A DNA stretch of 39,564 bases from Candidatus Hydrogenedentota bacterium (GTDB lineage: Bacteria > Hydrogenedentota > Hydrogenedentia > Hydrogenedentales > GCA-2746185): positions 1 through 39,564 of the forward strand of contig JAYGCN010000108.1 in assembly GCA_046583315.1 (NCBI GenBank), given 5' to 3'. Below the pieces are notes generated by a model, which was not told where the DNA came from, made no database searches, and saw only the letters and a program-made list of their open reading frames with translations. Shown here one piece after another: positions 29,189 to 38,958 of the stretch. The translations under genes and the position numbers were made by a program. Each line of letters starts with the position of its first letter. Position 1 is the stretch's first letter.

Positions 29189-29791
29189 ATGCTGCTTAAT
29201 TCGCCCATACTAGACCAACTTGTCGAGGCGTTTCGACGACTGCCCGGCGTGGGCAAACGATCTGCCGAACGCATGGCCATTCACATTCTCAGTTCAGATG
29301 AAGAAGAAGCCCATCAACTCGCGAAAGCCGTTCAGGAAGCCCGCTCCCGGATCACGCAATGCGCCACCTGCCTGAATCTTTCCGAAACGGAGACCTGCTC
29401 TGTGTGCAGCGACTCCGAGCGAAATCAAAAGCTCATTTGTGTTGTGGAACAGCCCACCGGTGCCATGGCTATCGAAAAGGGCGGCACCTTCGAAGGGGTT
29501 TACCATGTCCTCCACGGCGTGTTGAATCCGCTCGACGGCATAGGCCCCAGCGAACTACACATGGATCGCCTTTTCCAACGCATTAAAAACGACGATGTCG
29601 AAGAAGTGGTCGTCGCCACGAACGCCACGGCCGAAGGGGAAGCTACCGCCATGTACATATCGCGGCAATTGGCCGACAGCCCCGTAAAGGTGTCGCGCAT
29701 CGCACACGGCGTTCCCATGGGGGGCGGACTCGAATTTGCCGATGAGGTGACCTTGAGTCACGCGTTAAAGGGGCGTACGAAACTCGAATAG
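29189..29791 (+). CDS. recR: Recombination mediator RecR
   Basis: LPGVGKRSAERMA, C4 zinc finger, YHVLHG, EGEATA, SRIAHGVPMGG; starts 4 nt after the def stop. Confidence 0.96.
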   Translation: MLLNSPILDQLVEAFRRLPGVGKRSAERMAIHILSSDEEEAHQLAKAVQEARSRITQCATCLNLSETETCSVCSDSERNQKLICVVEQPTGAMAIEKGGTFEGVYHVLHGVLNPLDGIGPSELHMDRLFQRIKNDDVEEVVVATNATAEGEATAMYISRQLADSPVKVSRIAHGVPMGGGLEFADEVTLSHALKGRTKLE

Positions 29792-29795
29792 GTTC

Positions 29796-30743
29796 TTATT
29801 CTTCAGTCCGCATGACATCAAAAAAAGCACCCGCCTGGTCGATTTGATACCGGAACTCAATCGTCATTTCGTTCCAGGTACTCTCTCCCGACACAGTGAT
29901 TCCGTGATCCCGTTTCAGACGTTCCCCGAGTTCCGAGAACGCTTCGTCGATTCCACCTTTAATATTGATCACACCGACACGATTGCGCGCGATCGGCTCA
30001 ATGTCGATATCGATTTCAATATCAAGAACATCCTCTTTCACAATATTGAGTCTGGCGCGCATAACAATTACAAACTGAAACGAACTCAACGTGATATTCG
30101 TCTCCTGCCGGTCGAATTCATAGTCAAAGGCCGCCATCAACGATGCCATTGCCAGATACGCCTTGCCCTGTCGGTTATCAAAAATAAACTCGACAAAAGG
30201 TTTATCCGAGGCCGTTAAAGGCTTCAACGCGCGACTATTCCCCCACTGCAAGAATACCGCGTCCAATGCTTCCGAGGCAGCCGGAAATGTTCCGTCTCCG
30301 TATAGCAAGCCGTCTTCTGGATGCTGTGGGGTAGTTGGCGACCAATCGATTCGGTCGGTGATGGAATTCAGATCAAAGTCCTTGATCGGCCTGAGCACAA
30401 ACGGCCCCAAGTGAGGAACAGAGACATAGGGGCGAAATTGCAAGGTGGCCTCGTCGTTGTCATCCGAAATCAAAAGACCCGCTTCATACGGCAAGACCCT
30501 GTCAAACAGCCAACGCGGAATGGAACGTCCTGTCCGTTGCTCCGCATAGGCGTGGAGAAAATCCTGTGCGCGTTCGGGGTGAACGACGATCTGAATGGTC
30601 GTATCCTTCACGACGGCATCGCGATCATGCCGCGGTGTTGTGCGCAGGATTCGGAGTTGGTATTCAGCGATAATGACACCAAACACGAGCAACACCGCCG
30701 CTATTTTCGGAATCGTCGCTAGTCGTCCCCCACGTTTCAGCAT
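29796..30743 (-). CDS. Hypothetical protein with N-terminal membrane anchor
   Basis: 315-aa ORF filling the gap; one hydrophobic helix near the N-terminus; 18 nt downstream of thiG. Confidence 0.7.
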   Translation of the reverse strand: MLKRGGRLATIPKIAAVLLVFGVIIAEYQLRILRTTPRHDRDAVVKDTTIQIVVHPERAQDFLHAYAEQRTGRSIPRWLFDRVLPYEAGLLISDDNDEATLQFRPYVSVPHLGPFVLRPIKDFDLNSITDRIDWSPTTPQHPEDGLLYGDGTFPAASEALDAVFLQWGNSRALKPLTASDKPFVEFIFDNRQGKAYLAMASLMAAFDYEFDRQETNITLSSFQFVIVMRARLNIVKEDVLDIEIDIDIEPIARNRVGVINIKGGIDEAFSELGERLKRDHGITVSGESTWNEMTIEFRYQIDQAGAFFDVMRTEE

Positions 30744-30761
30744 CGCAGACCCATCAAATGG

Positions 30762-31544
30762 TTAGTCATTCAAGAATCCGGTGAGTGGGGAGGAGGCCGC
30801 AGCCTGGTCACGTACCGGTCCCAATCCGGCAAGATAGGCTTGCCGACCCGCTTCGGTCGCTTTGGCAAAGGCCTCGCCCATCGCAAAATGATCCCGCGCG
30901 TCTGCCAGGGCCGTATTGACCAAGACGGCATCCGCACCCATTTCCATGCACTCCGCAGCGTGGGAGGGAGCACCCAGACCCGCATCCACGACCACCGGAA
31001 CAGTAGACTGCTCGATGATAATACGAATCAGATCCTTCGTTTTGAGACCGCGATTGCTTCCAATTGGAGCTCCCAACGGCATGACCGTAGCCGTACCCAC
31101 TTCCTCAAGCCGTTTTGCCAATACCGGATCGGCCTGAATGTACGGCAGCACCTTAAATCCATCTTTCACGAGAATCTCTGCGGCCTTCAAGGTCTCCACC
31201 GGGTCAGGCAACAAATAGCGCGGCTCCGGTGTAATTTCCAGCTTCACCCACGGGTCAAGTCCTGCCGCACGGGCAAGCCTCGCCAATCGCACGGCTTCAT
31301 CCGCATCGCGTGCCCCCGACGTGTTCGGCAAGATCAATTGTTTGTCGCGATCAATCGCCGAAAGAATTCCTTCCTGCTCGGGATTGTCCAAATCCACCCG
31401 GCGTAAGGCCACCGTAATGATTTCGGATTGAGAACCGGTTATGCACGCCCGCAACGCTTCCGTCGAGGGGAATTTTCCTGTACCGATCATCAATCGCGAT
31501 CCGAATACCCGATCCGCAATCGTCAGTCCGTCGGGTTGAGTCAT
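30762..31544 (-). CDS. thiG: Thiazole synthase
   Basis: [48 protein letters not shown]; start ATG 31544. Confidence 0.96.
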   Translation of the reverse strand: MTQPDGLTIADRVFGSRLMIGTGKFPSTEALRACITGSQSEIITVALRRVDLDNPEQEGILSAIDRDKQLILPNTSGARDADEAVRLARLARAAGLDPWVKLEITPEPRYLLPDPVETLKAAEILVKDGFKVLPYIQADPVLAKRLEEVGTATVMPLGAPIGSNRGLKTKDLIRIIIEQSTVPVVVDAGLGAPSHAAECMEMGADAVLVNTALADARDHFAMGEAFAKATEAGRQAYLAGLGPVRDQAAASSPLTGFLND

Positions 31545-31797
31545 GCCATTCTTTGAAGAAGTCATTGGGAGTACTAAGACCTGCGTGTGGTTGGTGCCGT
31601 GAAGCATTGATCCTACCAGAACCATCCAATCACTGACAAACGCCCAAGCCTGCATGTGGCCTTCTGGTGACATCGGGCATCCACCCGATCGGACACGCCC
31701 GGAAGCATATTGTGCTACATTGGGAAAAAATTTCCAGCTCGGCAGTCCCGGTTGGAACGGTTTTTTCCCGCTTTCACCTAATAAAACCTCAACAAAC

Positions 31798-31825
31798 TAA
31801 AGGTGTTTCGCACTCCGGCCGATAA
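31798..31825 (+). promoter_or_regulatory. Sigma28 (FliA/SigD)-type promoter of flgK
   Basis: TAAA-N16-GCCGATAA against consensus TAAA-N15-GCCGATAA, 63 nt upstream of a late flagellar gene. Confidence 0.8.
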
Positions 31826-31888
31826 ATTGGTATGTCACTTGCTCTCTCATGGGAGATAAGACTGCCAATTGACGGAAGGGAAGGCCCA

Positions 31889-33604
31889 GTGGGTTCTTTA
31901 TTCAGTACACTAAATATCGCACGATCAGGCCTCGCTGCCGCCCAGATCCAGCTCGACGTGACAGGTCACAACATCGCCAACGTCAACAAGACCGGATTTT
32001 CCCGCCAACGCGCGGAACTGGTCACACGGGTCCCCATCTCAAGGCCCTGGGGTCAAATGGGTACCGGCATATCCGTCAGTGACATCATTCAGATTCGCGA
32101 TCAATTTCTGGATGATCTCTACCAGAATCAAGTGGCCAATCTTGGTAATTCAGAGATTCGGGCCGAGTTCTACCAAATGATCGAAGGTGTATTTCTCGAG
32201 CCCGGTCCCAATGGACTCAGTGCGCGCATAGACGAGTTCTTCAACGCCATAAATGAATTCTCAACCAATGTCGAATCGATTCCTGTCCGCATCAGTGTAA
32301 TAAGCGAGGCGAGCGAACTCGCCGACGCCCTCAACACCATGTCGGATCAACTCTACAAGCTACGCACCAATGCCAATACCGAAATTATCAGTTTTGTCCC
32401 GGAAATCAATTCAATGGCCGAGCGCATCGCCAGCATCAATCAGCAGATCGCGGTGCTCGAAGTAAACGGTACATCGGCCAACGATCTACGTGATGATCGA
32501 AACGTGCTACTCGACCAACTCGCGAAGATTGTGAACATCGATACCCGCGAGCGCGGCGACGGTCAAGTCGATGTGCTTATATCCGGACAGTCGCTGGTCA
32601 ATGGCGGTGTTGCCCTGGAACTCGAAGCGGTTCGCAATGCAGCTCTCGATCCGGATCGAAACGATCTCGTTGATGTGCGCTTCGTCAATACGGGGCAGAA
32701 ATTGAATGTTCTAAATGGCGAACTCTTCGGTGCGCTAGAAATGCGCGATGACACTTTGGTCGATATCGACGCGGACATGGATGCCATTGCGGCGACGCTG
32801 ATTGAACAGATCAACAAAATTCACGGTCAAGCAAGCGGATTGTCCAACTACTCTGGAACCCTTCGATCATCGAATGCTGTAACCGATCCGGCCGTTGCTC
32901 TGAGCGCTGCAGGATTGCCCTATACGGTGTCACCCGGCAGTTTTGAGATTCATGTCTTCGACGAATCCACCGTGCCACCCACGCCCGTAGGCGGAACGCC
33001 CGTCACCATCAACGTCACTGCACTCACCACTCTTGACGACATCGCGGCGCAGCTCAATGCCGTCCCGAATATTACCGCATCAGTCGATACTCAAGGTTTT
33101 CTGAGCATTACCACCGGTCCCGGTTTCTCATTTTCCAACGCCAACGACGATACCAACATATTCGCCGCGCTTGGGCTCAATGGACTCTTCCAGGGTTTCG
33201 ATGCCGCGACCATTAGTATCAATGCGACGATTACAGACAATCCCGAGTTACTCGCTTCCCGATTCAGTACCGATCCCCTGGATACCGGAGACAATACCGC
33301 AGCGCTGGCCATGCTCGGCGTGCAGACCGGTCTGTATTTCGATGGCAACACGGCCACGATTTCCGAGTTTTACGAATCGGTCGTTGTTCAGATAGGAGTC
33401 GAGGCTCGTGCCAATGGACAATCACTGGCCGTCGAACAGGCCTTCGTTGCCAATATTGAGCGGCGTCGGCAGGAAGTCTCCGGGGTGTCCCTGGACGAAG
33501 AAGTCACCCTCATGATCCAATATCAACGTGCATTCGAAGCCTCAGCCCGTGTCATCAGCGTGGCCGACCGCATGCTCGAGTCGCTTCTCACGATGGCCTT
33601 GTAG
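31889..33604 (+). CDS. flgK: Flagellar hook-associated protein 1
   Basis: LNIARSGL..GHNIANVNKTGFSRQR, NDLRDDR, SGVSLDEE...YQRAFEASARVI; GTG start after GGAAGG. Confidence 0.95.
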   Translation: MGSLFSTLNIARSGLAAAQIQLDVTGHNIANVNKTGFSRQRAELVTRVPISRPWGQMGTGISVSDIIQIRDQFLDDLYQNQVANLGNSEIRAEFYQMIEGVFLEPGPNGLSARIDEFFNAINEFSTNVESIPVRISVISEASELADALNTMSDQLYKLRTNANTEIISFVPEINSMAERIASINQQIAVLEVNGTSANDLRDDRNVLLDQLAKIVNIDTRERGDGQVDVLISGQSLVNGGVALELEAVRNAALDPDRNDLVDVRFVNTGQKLNVLNGELFGALEMRDDTLVDIDADMDAIAATLIEQINKIHGQASGLSNYSGTLRSSNAVTDPAVALSAAGLPYTVSPGSFEIHVFDESTVPPTPVGGTPVTINVTALTTLDDIAAQLNAVPNITASVDTQGFLSITTGPGFSFSNANDDTNIFAALGLNGLFQGFDAATISINATITDNPELLASRFSTDPLDTGDNTAALAMLGVQTGLYFDGNTATISEFYESVVVQIGVEARANGQSLAVEQAFVANIERRRQEVSGVSLDEEVTLMIQYQRAFEASARVISVADRMLESLLTMAL

Positions 33605-33660
33605 CGAAGGGCGAAACCGCATCACCACGTAGAATTCACACTTGGATAACGACCGCATCA

Positions 33661-33689
33661 TTGACATAACTCTATGCTAATGCTATGCT
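33661..33689 (+). promoter_or_regulatory. Sigma70 promoter of the exeA-like operon
   Basis: TTGACA-N17-TATGCT with extended -10 TG. Confidence 0.75.
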
Positions 33690-33751
33690 TAGCACTTGGC
33701 CCAAAGGGTCAAAATTTAACTCCTTTCTCACCTCTGGCGTAATCGGCGAAT

Positions 33752-35926
33752 ATGTATCAAGAATATTACGGGCTCACCGAAAAACCTTTCAATCTTACGC
33801 CGGATCCTCGTTTCCTCTATTTGAGTAAACAACACGAAGAAGCCTTCGCGCATCTGATGTACGGGATTCAGAATCGTAGCGGTTTTATCATGGTTTCCGG
33901 CGAGATTGGGACTGGGAAAACAACCATTTGCCGGAGTCTACTAAGAGATCTCGACGAAAATATCGAAGTCGCCCTCATCTTCAACCCGTACCTGTCACCG
34001 CAGGAACTGCTTAAACGAGTGAACAAAGATTTCGGTATCCGAAGTGAAGGTACCTCAATACTCGATCTCATTGACGAGCTCAACGAATACCTGCTCCTGT
34101 GTGCCGCGGAAGGCAAAAACTGCGTTCTGGTTATCGACGAGGCGCAAGACCTCAGTGCTGAAGTACTTGAGCAGATTCGGCTGCTGTCGAATCTAGAAAC
34201 GGAAAAAGAAAAACTTCTCCAGATCATACTCATCGGACAGCCTGAACTCGCCGAGAAACTTCAGCTTCATGAGCTACGCCAGCTGAATCAGCGAATCACG
34301 GCACGTTACCACCTCGAAGCGCTGAATATGGAAGAGACCTTGCAGTATATCGCCTTCCGGCTGCATGTAGCGGGTGGCCAGAAAAAGGTACGATTCACCC
34401 GTAAAGCCGTGCGTGAAGTGTACGCCATCTCCCAGGGAACGCCGCGGGTCATCAATGCTCTGTGTGATCGGGCCCTACTTATTGGATACACCAAAGAAAC
34501 CCGGAAAATAACCCCCGATATTATCAAGGCCGCCGCGAAAGAAGTGCAAGGAAACGAAAGAGCTCAGATCAAAAAACTGGACACCCGATCCATTTTGCGA
34601 ACCGCTGGGTTTCTTTCATCCGCCGCCGCGCTGGTCCTGCTGATTTTGCTGTTTATGTCCGGCCCATTCTCGCCGATTACTACCCTGTTTGATCCTGGAG
34701 CGGAGACGGAATCAGCCGACCTCCAATCGGTTCGCCCGATAGTTTCTAACCAACAGGTCGATGCCATCGCCCTAGAGTCGTCCGTGCCTGAACAGCCAAT
34801 CGAATCGACTCAACTGGAAGTCGTCTCTTCGTCCCTCCTTGCAGAATCAATCGATTCCGTAGCGAAAAGGCCTCTTGTCGACCAAGGTGCCGACACGATC
34901 GAAACCGAATCCTCGACACCGATTATCAATCAACCCGACGATGACGAAGTGGTTGGCCCCACCACTACGACCGGGAAACCCGAGCCCATTGTTGTCGCAG
35001 CAGTACCAACGAGTGATCCGAAACCCATTCAGGTACCCCGCGCGTCCTCTGCTACTGACCCCACGGCACTCAAACACGCATTGGAAAAACTATTCTCCAT
35101 CTGGAAAGTGAACGCGGTCGCAGCCATGCCAACTCAGACCAATCTGCAGGCGATCGCGGAATCGTGTGTTGCGAACGGTTTTTCCGTTGTGGTACTTACC
35201 TCGTCATTGCAACAGCTTCGCGTCATCAATCGTCCCGCGCTGATTCAAATCAACGATGGCCAAGGCACCCATTGGGTCGCGCTGACCAAATTCGACGAGC
35301 AGCGTTATATCCTAACCAATCGCAAAGGCGGTCTCCGCGAGGGGACCACCAAAGAGTTGGAAGCACAATATCAGGATTTGGCGTTGATTCCCTGGAATGA
35401 TCCTCTTCCCGATGTGCCCTCGCTATTCCTGTCCAATTCCGGAGAGTTGATCTGGGCACTTCAATATACACTTGACGATCTCGGCCTGATGTCCGTTGAA
35501 CCGACCGGATTTTTCAACGAGAATACCCGTGAAGTAGTGATGCGTATTCAGCAGCGGACCGGACTTGATGTCGATGGCATATACGGTGCGCAAACGCGTA
35601 TGGTCGTGCAGGGTTGGCTCGATGCAATACCGGGAACGCCCTACTTGTCGCCTAAAGCCTACTCCCTCGCGGCACGCGAAGCCTTGAATGCTGCTAAAAA
35701 AATCGCAGAAGCTCCGAAGTCGGATCTCGTTGAGACTGCCGCACCGTTGCAAGAGAACGAAGCCGAAGATAGCGCCGGTGTTCAGGAAGAATCGCCCTCT
35801 GTGCAATCGGATGCGAACACCTACGAGCCGATTCTACCGCCGCGAGAAGGACCATCTGCGAGCAGTGTGACCGAACCGGCGCAGTTGATCGTTCCCCTCG
35901 TACCCGGTAGCGAGGAAGACCAATGA
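33752..35926 (+). CDS. ExeA/GspA-like ATPase with TM helix and peptidoglycan-binding domain
   Basis: MYQEYYGLTEKPFNLTPDPRFLY, GEIGTGKTT, VIDEAQ, LIGQPEL, GTPRVIN, TM, low-complexity linker, C-terminal QQRTGLDVDGIYGAQT PG-binding motif. Confidence 0.88.
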   Translation: MYQEYYGLTEKPFNLTPDPRFLYLSKQHEEAFAHLMYGIQNRSGFIMVSGEIGTGKTTICRSLLRDLDENIEVALIFNPYLSPQELLKRVNKDFGIRSEGTSILDLIDELNEYLLLCAAEGKNCVLVIDEAQDLSAEVLEQIRLLSNLETEKEKLLQIILIGQPELAEKLQLHELRQLNQRITARYHLEALNMEETLQYIAFRLHVAGGQKKVRFTRKAVREVYAISQGTPRVINALCDRALLIGYTKETRKITPDIIKAAAKEVQGNERAQIKKLDTRSILRTAGFLSSAAALVLLILLFMSGPFSPITTLFDPGAETESADLQSVRPIVSNQQVDAIALESSVPEQPIESTQLEVVSSSLLAESIDSVAKRPLVDQGADTIETESSTPIINQPDDDEVVGPTTTTGKPEPIVVAAVPTSDPKPIQVPRASSATDPTALKHALEKLFSIWKVNAVAAMPTQTNLQAIAESCVANGFSVVVLTSSLQQLRVINRPALIQINDGQGTHWVALTKFDEQRYILTNRKGGLREGTTKELEAQYQDLALIPWNDPLPDVPSLFLSNSGELIWALQYTLDDLGLMSVEPTGFFNENTREVVMRIQQRTGLDVDGIYGAQTRMVVQGWLDAIPGTPYLSPKAYSLAAREALNAAKKIAEAPKSDLVETAAPLQENEAEDSAGVQEESPSVQSDANTYEPILPPREGPSASSVTEPAQLIVPLVPGSEEDQ

Positions 35927-36795
35927 GTTCAATTCTTGATGCGCTGAACAAACTCGAAGGTGAAAAAGAACGTGAGCGCGCACAACAGACTCTGGAACCC
36001 GCCGAAATCGATCCCGAATTGGCTGCAGAGGCGCTCATCGAGCCGGATGCTCTGCGCGACTCAGTAACACTCAATATTCGACCAGTAACTCTCATCGCTG
36101 GGGCCGTTTCTTTGCTCATCCTTATCGTGGTGATAGTGGCCATCACCGTTTCCGTAATGGTCGACTCCGCGCCGCAACAAATGGCGACCGCTGATCCGCC
36201 AACAACCTCTATTTCGCCGCCCCAGCCGGAATCAACGCCTCCAGCTATGGCGGAGACCGTCGTCGAATCATCGACTGAAGTGGTCGCCGCGATACCAGAA
36301 GAAGTGCCCATTGCCGCGATTTCTGAAGAGACGACTGCTCCCGAACCCGCACCAGTGAAGCAGTCCGATCCGACTCCGGTATCAACGCCAGTCGAACCAG
36401 TAGCTCTCGAAGCGACTCCCGAGCCTGTGCTGCCTGAGCCGATCGAAGTGGAACCCCTTGTCGTTGCTAAAGTGGCTGCTCCAGAATCCAAAACTGATGT
36501 TGCGCCCCAAGCGCAGCCGGAAACGAAAATACCCGAAGCAGAAGTGCTTAACATTCAGGCCCTACCGCGATTCACCGTGGCATTACAGCGCAAACACGGA
36601 CTCGACGACTTCAAGATCAACATGATCAACCCCGTCTCCGACACCAATCCCTATGGGAATGCCATCATCAATCGCGAGAAAGTATTCGAAAACAGCTACA
36701 TCGGTGGCAATCAGGTGCTACTGAAGAAGGTCGAAAAAGAAGGTATCTCGGTAGAAGTTGTTCGCACAGGCGAATTTTTTTTCCACGGTTTCTAG
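35923..36795 (+). CDS. ExeB/GspB-like bitopic membrane protein
   Basis: MSSILDALNKLE N-terminus typical of GspB, single TM, Pro/Glu-rich linker, small C-terminal beta domain; ATGA overlap with the exeA-like gene. Confidence 0.75.
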   Translation: MSSILDALNKLEGEKERERAQQTLEPAEIDPELAAEALIEPDALRDSVTLNIRPVTLIAGAVSLLILIVVIVAITVSVMVDSAPQQMATADPPTTSISPPQPESTPPAMAETVVESSTEVVAAIPEEVPIAAISEETTAPEPAPVKQSDPTPVSTPVEPVALEATPEPVLPEPIEVEPLVVAKVAAPESKTDVAPQAQPETKIPEAEVLNIQALPRFTVALQRKHGLDDFKINMINPVSDTNPYGNAIINREKVFENSYIGGNQVLLKKVEKEGISVEVVRTGEFFFHGF

Positions 36796-36835
36796 ATTGA
36801 ACACCCTGTTCGGTTTAACCGCCCACCAGTACTAA

Positions 36836-37375
36836 CTACGCTTCGCGATCCGTGGAAGGGTTTGGCGTGTCATCTTCTCCTTCAAGTATCGGCGTTCCTG
36901 TGGCAAAACGCTCATACCGCCTGGACCCAAGAATACAGACGAGCGAAAGCGCAAATACAACCGTATTCGAGCCAAATTCGAAGGGATAATAGTATAAATA
37001 TGAATTGAACTTTTCCATCACATATGGGAATCCCGCCGCGACAAGAACCGATGTGGAACTGACCAAATAAAACAGACCGATCAGTGAGACCCAAAAGGAC
37101 ATCGAGTAGAAACCTTGCATCGTGGCATCTTTGCCACTGTCATCGTCGGCATCGGAAAATAACCATCCGCAGAATAGCTTCGTCTTAAAGAGGCATAACC
37201 AGGCAACGCCTAAATACGCCAATCCTATCATGCCCATGCCAACCCAGTATCCCGGCCAGCTATCGAAATCAGAAAACAGGCCCGCCGCCAACTGTGATAC
37301 CGCCATGGCTACGCGCGTGACGCAATACAGCCCAAACAATTTGATCGCGAGTTCTCGTGCAGCTGCATTATTCAT
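36836..37375 (-). CDS. Hypothetical four-TM membrane protein
   Basis: Four hydrophobic segments; possible RBS AGGGGC upstream. Confidence 0.7.
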   Translation of the reverse strand: MNNAAARELAIKLFGLYCVTRVAMAVSQLAAGLFSDFDSWPGYWVGMGMIGLAYLGVAWLCLFKTKLFCGWLFSDADDDSGKDATMQGFYSMSFWVSLIGLFYLVSSTSVLVAAGFPYVMEKFNSYLYYYPFEFGSNTVVFALSLVCILGSRRYERFATGTPILEGEDDTPNPSTDREA

Positions 37376-37465
37376 CCCAGGCCCCTATTTGGATTGGACT
37401 TAATTCTCTCTGGGTTCAGGGTATCGCATGGATAGAGATTTTTCAAACGAGAAGCCGCGTCGATT

Positions 37466-38188
37466 CTACCGCCCCTTCGCCAGCCCTGTGATGCGCCGTA
37501 GATAGTCCAGTTCTTCTTGATGCAGGTAGCGCCATTCCCCCGATTGCAACCCTTGCGTCGTGATGCTGCCGATGGCCACGCGCCGAAGTTTATTGACCGG
37601 GTGACCGATGTGCGCGCACATGCGTTTAACCAGCCGCTTGCGTCCCTCATGTACCGTGATACGAATCAGGCTCGTATTGCGTTGCGTTTTGAGCAGGGCC
37701 ACGCTCGCCGGTGCGGTCATGCCATCATCCAGTTCGACACCGATCGTAAACTGATCCAGTTCACGGGGATTGACAATGCCTTTGACCCAGACGTGATACA
37801 TCTTGTCAATCTCATATTTCGGATGCGCCAAGCGATTTGTCATTTCACCATCATTGGTAAGCAACAAGGCGCCAGTCACGTCCATGTCGAGTCGACCGAC
37901 CGGAAATACCCGCGCAGGTACACCCTCCATAAAATCCAGAACGGTTTTTCGATCGTGGGTGTCCTTCGCGGTGGTTACCACGCCGGAGGGTTTATTGAAG
38001 ACGATGTATAGCTTCTTGTCGGGGAGAACAGGGGAGCCATCAAACCGCACGTCATCGTGATGGGGATCGACCGGTTGACCAACGGTAGCCAGTTCGCCGT
38101 TTACCGTCACGCGGTCTTCTTCGATGAGTTTCTCTGAGCCTCGTCGGGATGCAATACTGCATTCCGCAAGGAATTTCTGTAGCCTCAT
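37466..38188 (-). CDS. rluB: rRNA pseudouridine synthase, RluB/RsuA family
   Basis: S4 domain MRLQKFLA..SRR, NKPSG, PVGRLD, LLTNDG, EGRKRLVKRM; downstream of scpB. Confidence 0.88.
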   Translation of the reverse strand: MRLQKFLAECSIASRRGSEKLIEEDRVTVNGELATVGQPVDPHHDDVRFDGSPVLPDKKLYIVFNKPSGVVTTAKDTHDRKTVLDFMEGVPARVFPVGRLDMDVTGALLLTNDGEMTNRLAHPKYEIDKMYHVWVKGIVNPRELDQFTIGVELDDGMTAPASVALLKTQRNTSLIRITVHEGRKRLVKRMCAHIGHPVNKLRRVAIGSITTQGLQSGEWRYLHQEELDYLRRITGLAKGR

Positions 38189-38277
38189 GGCGGTGTATTC
38201 CCGGGTGAATAGTACAACGTGTTCACCGCTGTCGATCTCATCGCAGTACTTCGGGTGTAGTGCGATGACTTTCTATC

Positions 38278-38922
38278 TTACTCCAATTCCTGCAATTCTT
38301 CAACGGAAGGCATTTCTTTCAGATTCTTGATACCAAAATGGTCTAGAAAGTCGTCCGTTGTGCGAAACAAGCGTGGGCGACCCGGCACATCGGCCACGCC
38401 GACCGCCTTGATGAGATTGCGCTCCTGAAGCTGTCCAAATGCGTGCGAAACACTGACTCCACGGATGGATTCCACGTCTGGGCGCGTCACGGGCTGGCGA
38501 TACGCGATAATTGCCAAGGTTTCCAACACCGCCTTCGAGAGTTTTGCACTTTTCTTGATGTCCAGCATCCGGCGAATATACGGGGCATACTCCGGCAATG
38601 TCGTCAATTGGTAGCCGCCGGAGATTTCACGCAGTCGGTACGGGAGATTGTCCTTTTCGATGCTCTCCATGAGTTCTTCCAGGATGATTTCGACCACATC
38701 TTTTTCAATATCGCCAAGGGCTTCGGCGATTCGGCCGATATTCAGAGGTCGATCACTTGAAAACAGCATCGCATACACCGCGCGCCCCGTTTCCTCGCGA
38801 GAAAGAGATTCAACCGTCTCCGGCACCTCGTCCAGTTCTTCATCGGTTTCCGTAGAGGCGACCTCTTCCGGTGTATCTTTCTTGTTTTGCTTCTTCGGCT
38901 TGGCTGCCTTCTTTTTGGCCAT
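38278..38922 (-). CDS. scpB: SMC-Scp complex subunit ScpB
   Basis: GGYQLTT, LSKAVLETLAIIAYRQPVTR, IRGV, GRPRLFRTTDDFL; charged N-terminal extension. Confidence 0.95.
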   Translation of the reverse strand: MAKKKAAKPKKQNKKDTPEEVASTETDEELDEVPETVESLSREETGRAVYAMLFSSDRPLNIGRIAEALGDIEKDVVEIILEELMESIEKDNLPYRLREISGGYQLTTLPEYAPYIRRMLDIKKSAKLSKAVLETLAIIAYRQPVTRPDVESIRGVSVSHAFGQLQERNLIKAVGVADVPGRPRLFRTTDDFLDHFGIKNLKEMPSVEELQELE

Positions 38923-38958
38923 AGATGAATTACACTCCACGATAAATGATTGAATAGT

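Noticed and set aside
31545..31790. TPP riboswitch upstream of thiG
   Set aside because: Reading the minus strand, I found no CTGAGA...ACCTGA core, only a small ATCGGG/CCCGAT hairpin at 31672-31689.
33689..33715. CIRCE (HrcA) element
   Set aside because: TTAGCACTT resembles the left arm, but no GAGTGCTAA follows after 9 nt.
35694..36554. 286-aa Ser/Gly/Thr-rich minus-strand ORF
   Set aside because: It is the antisense shadow of the Pro/Glu-rich linker of the ExeB-like gene.
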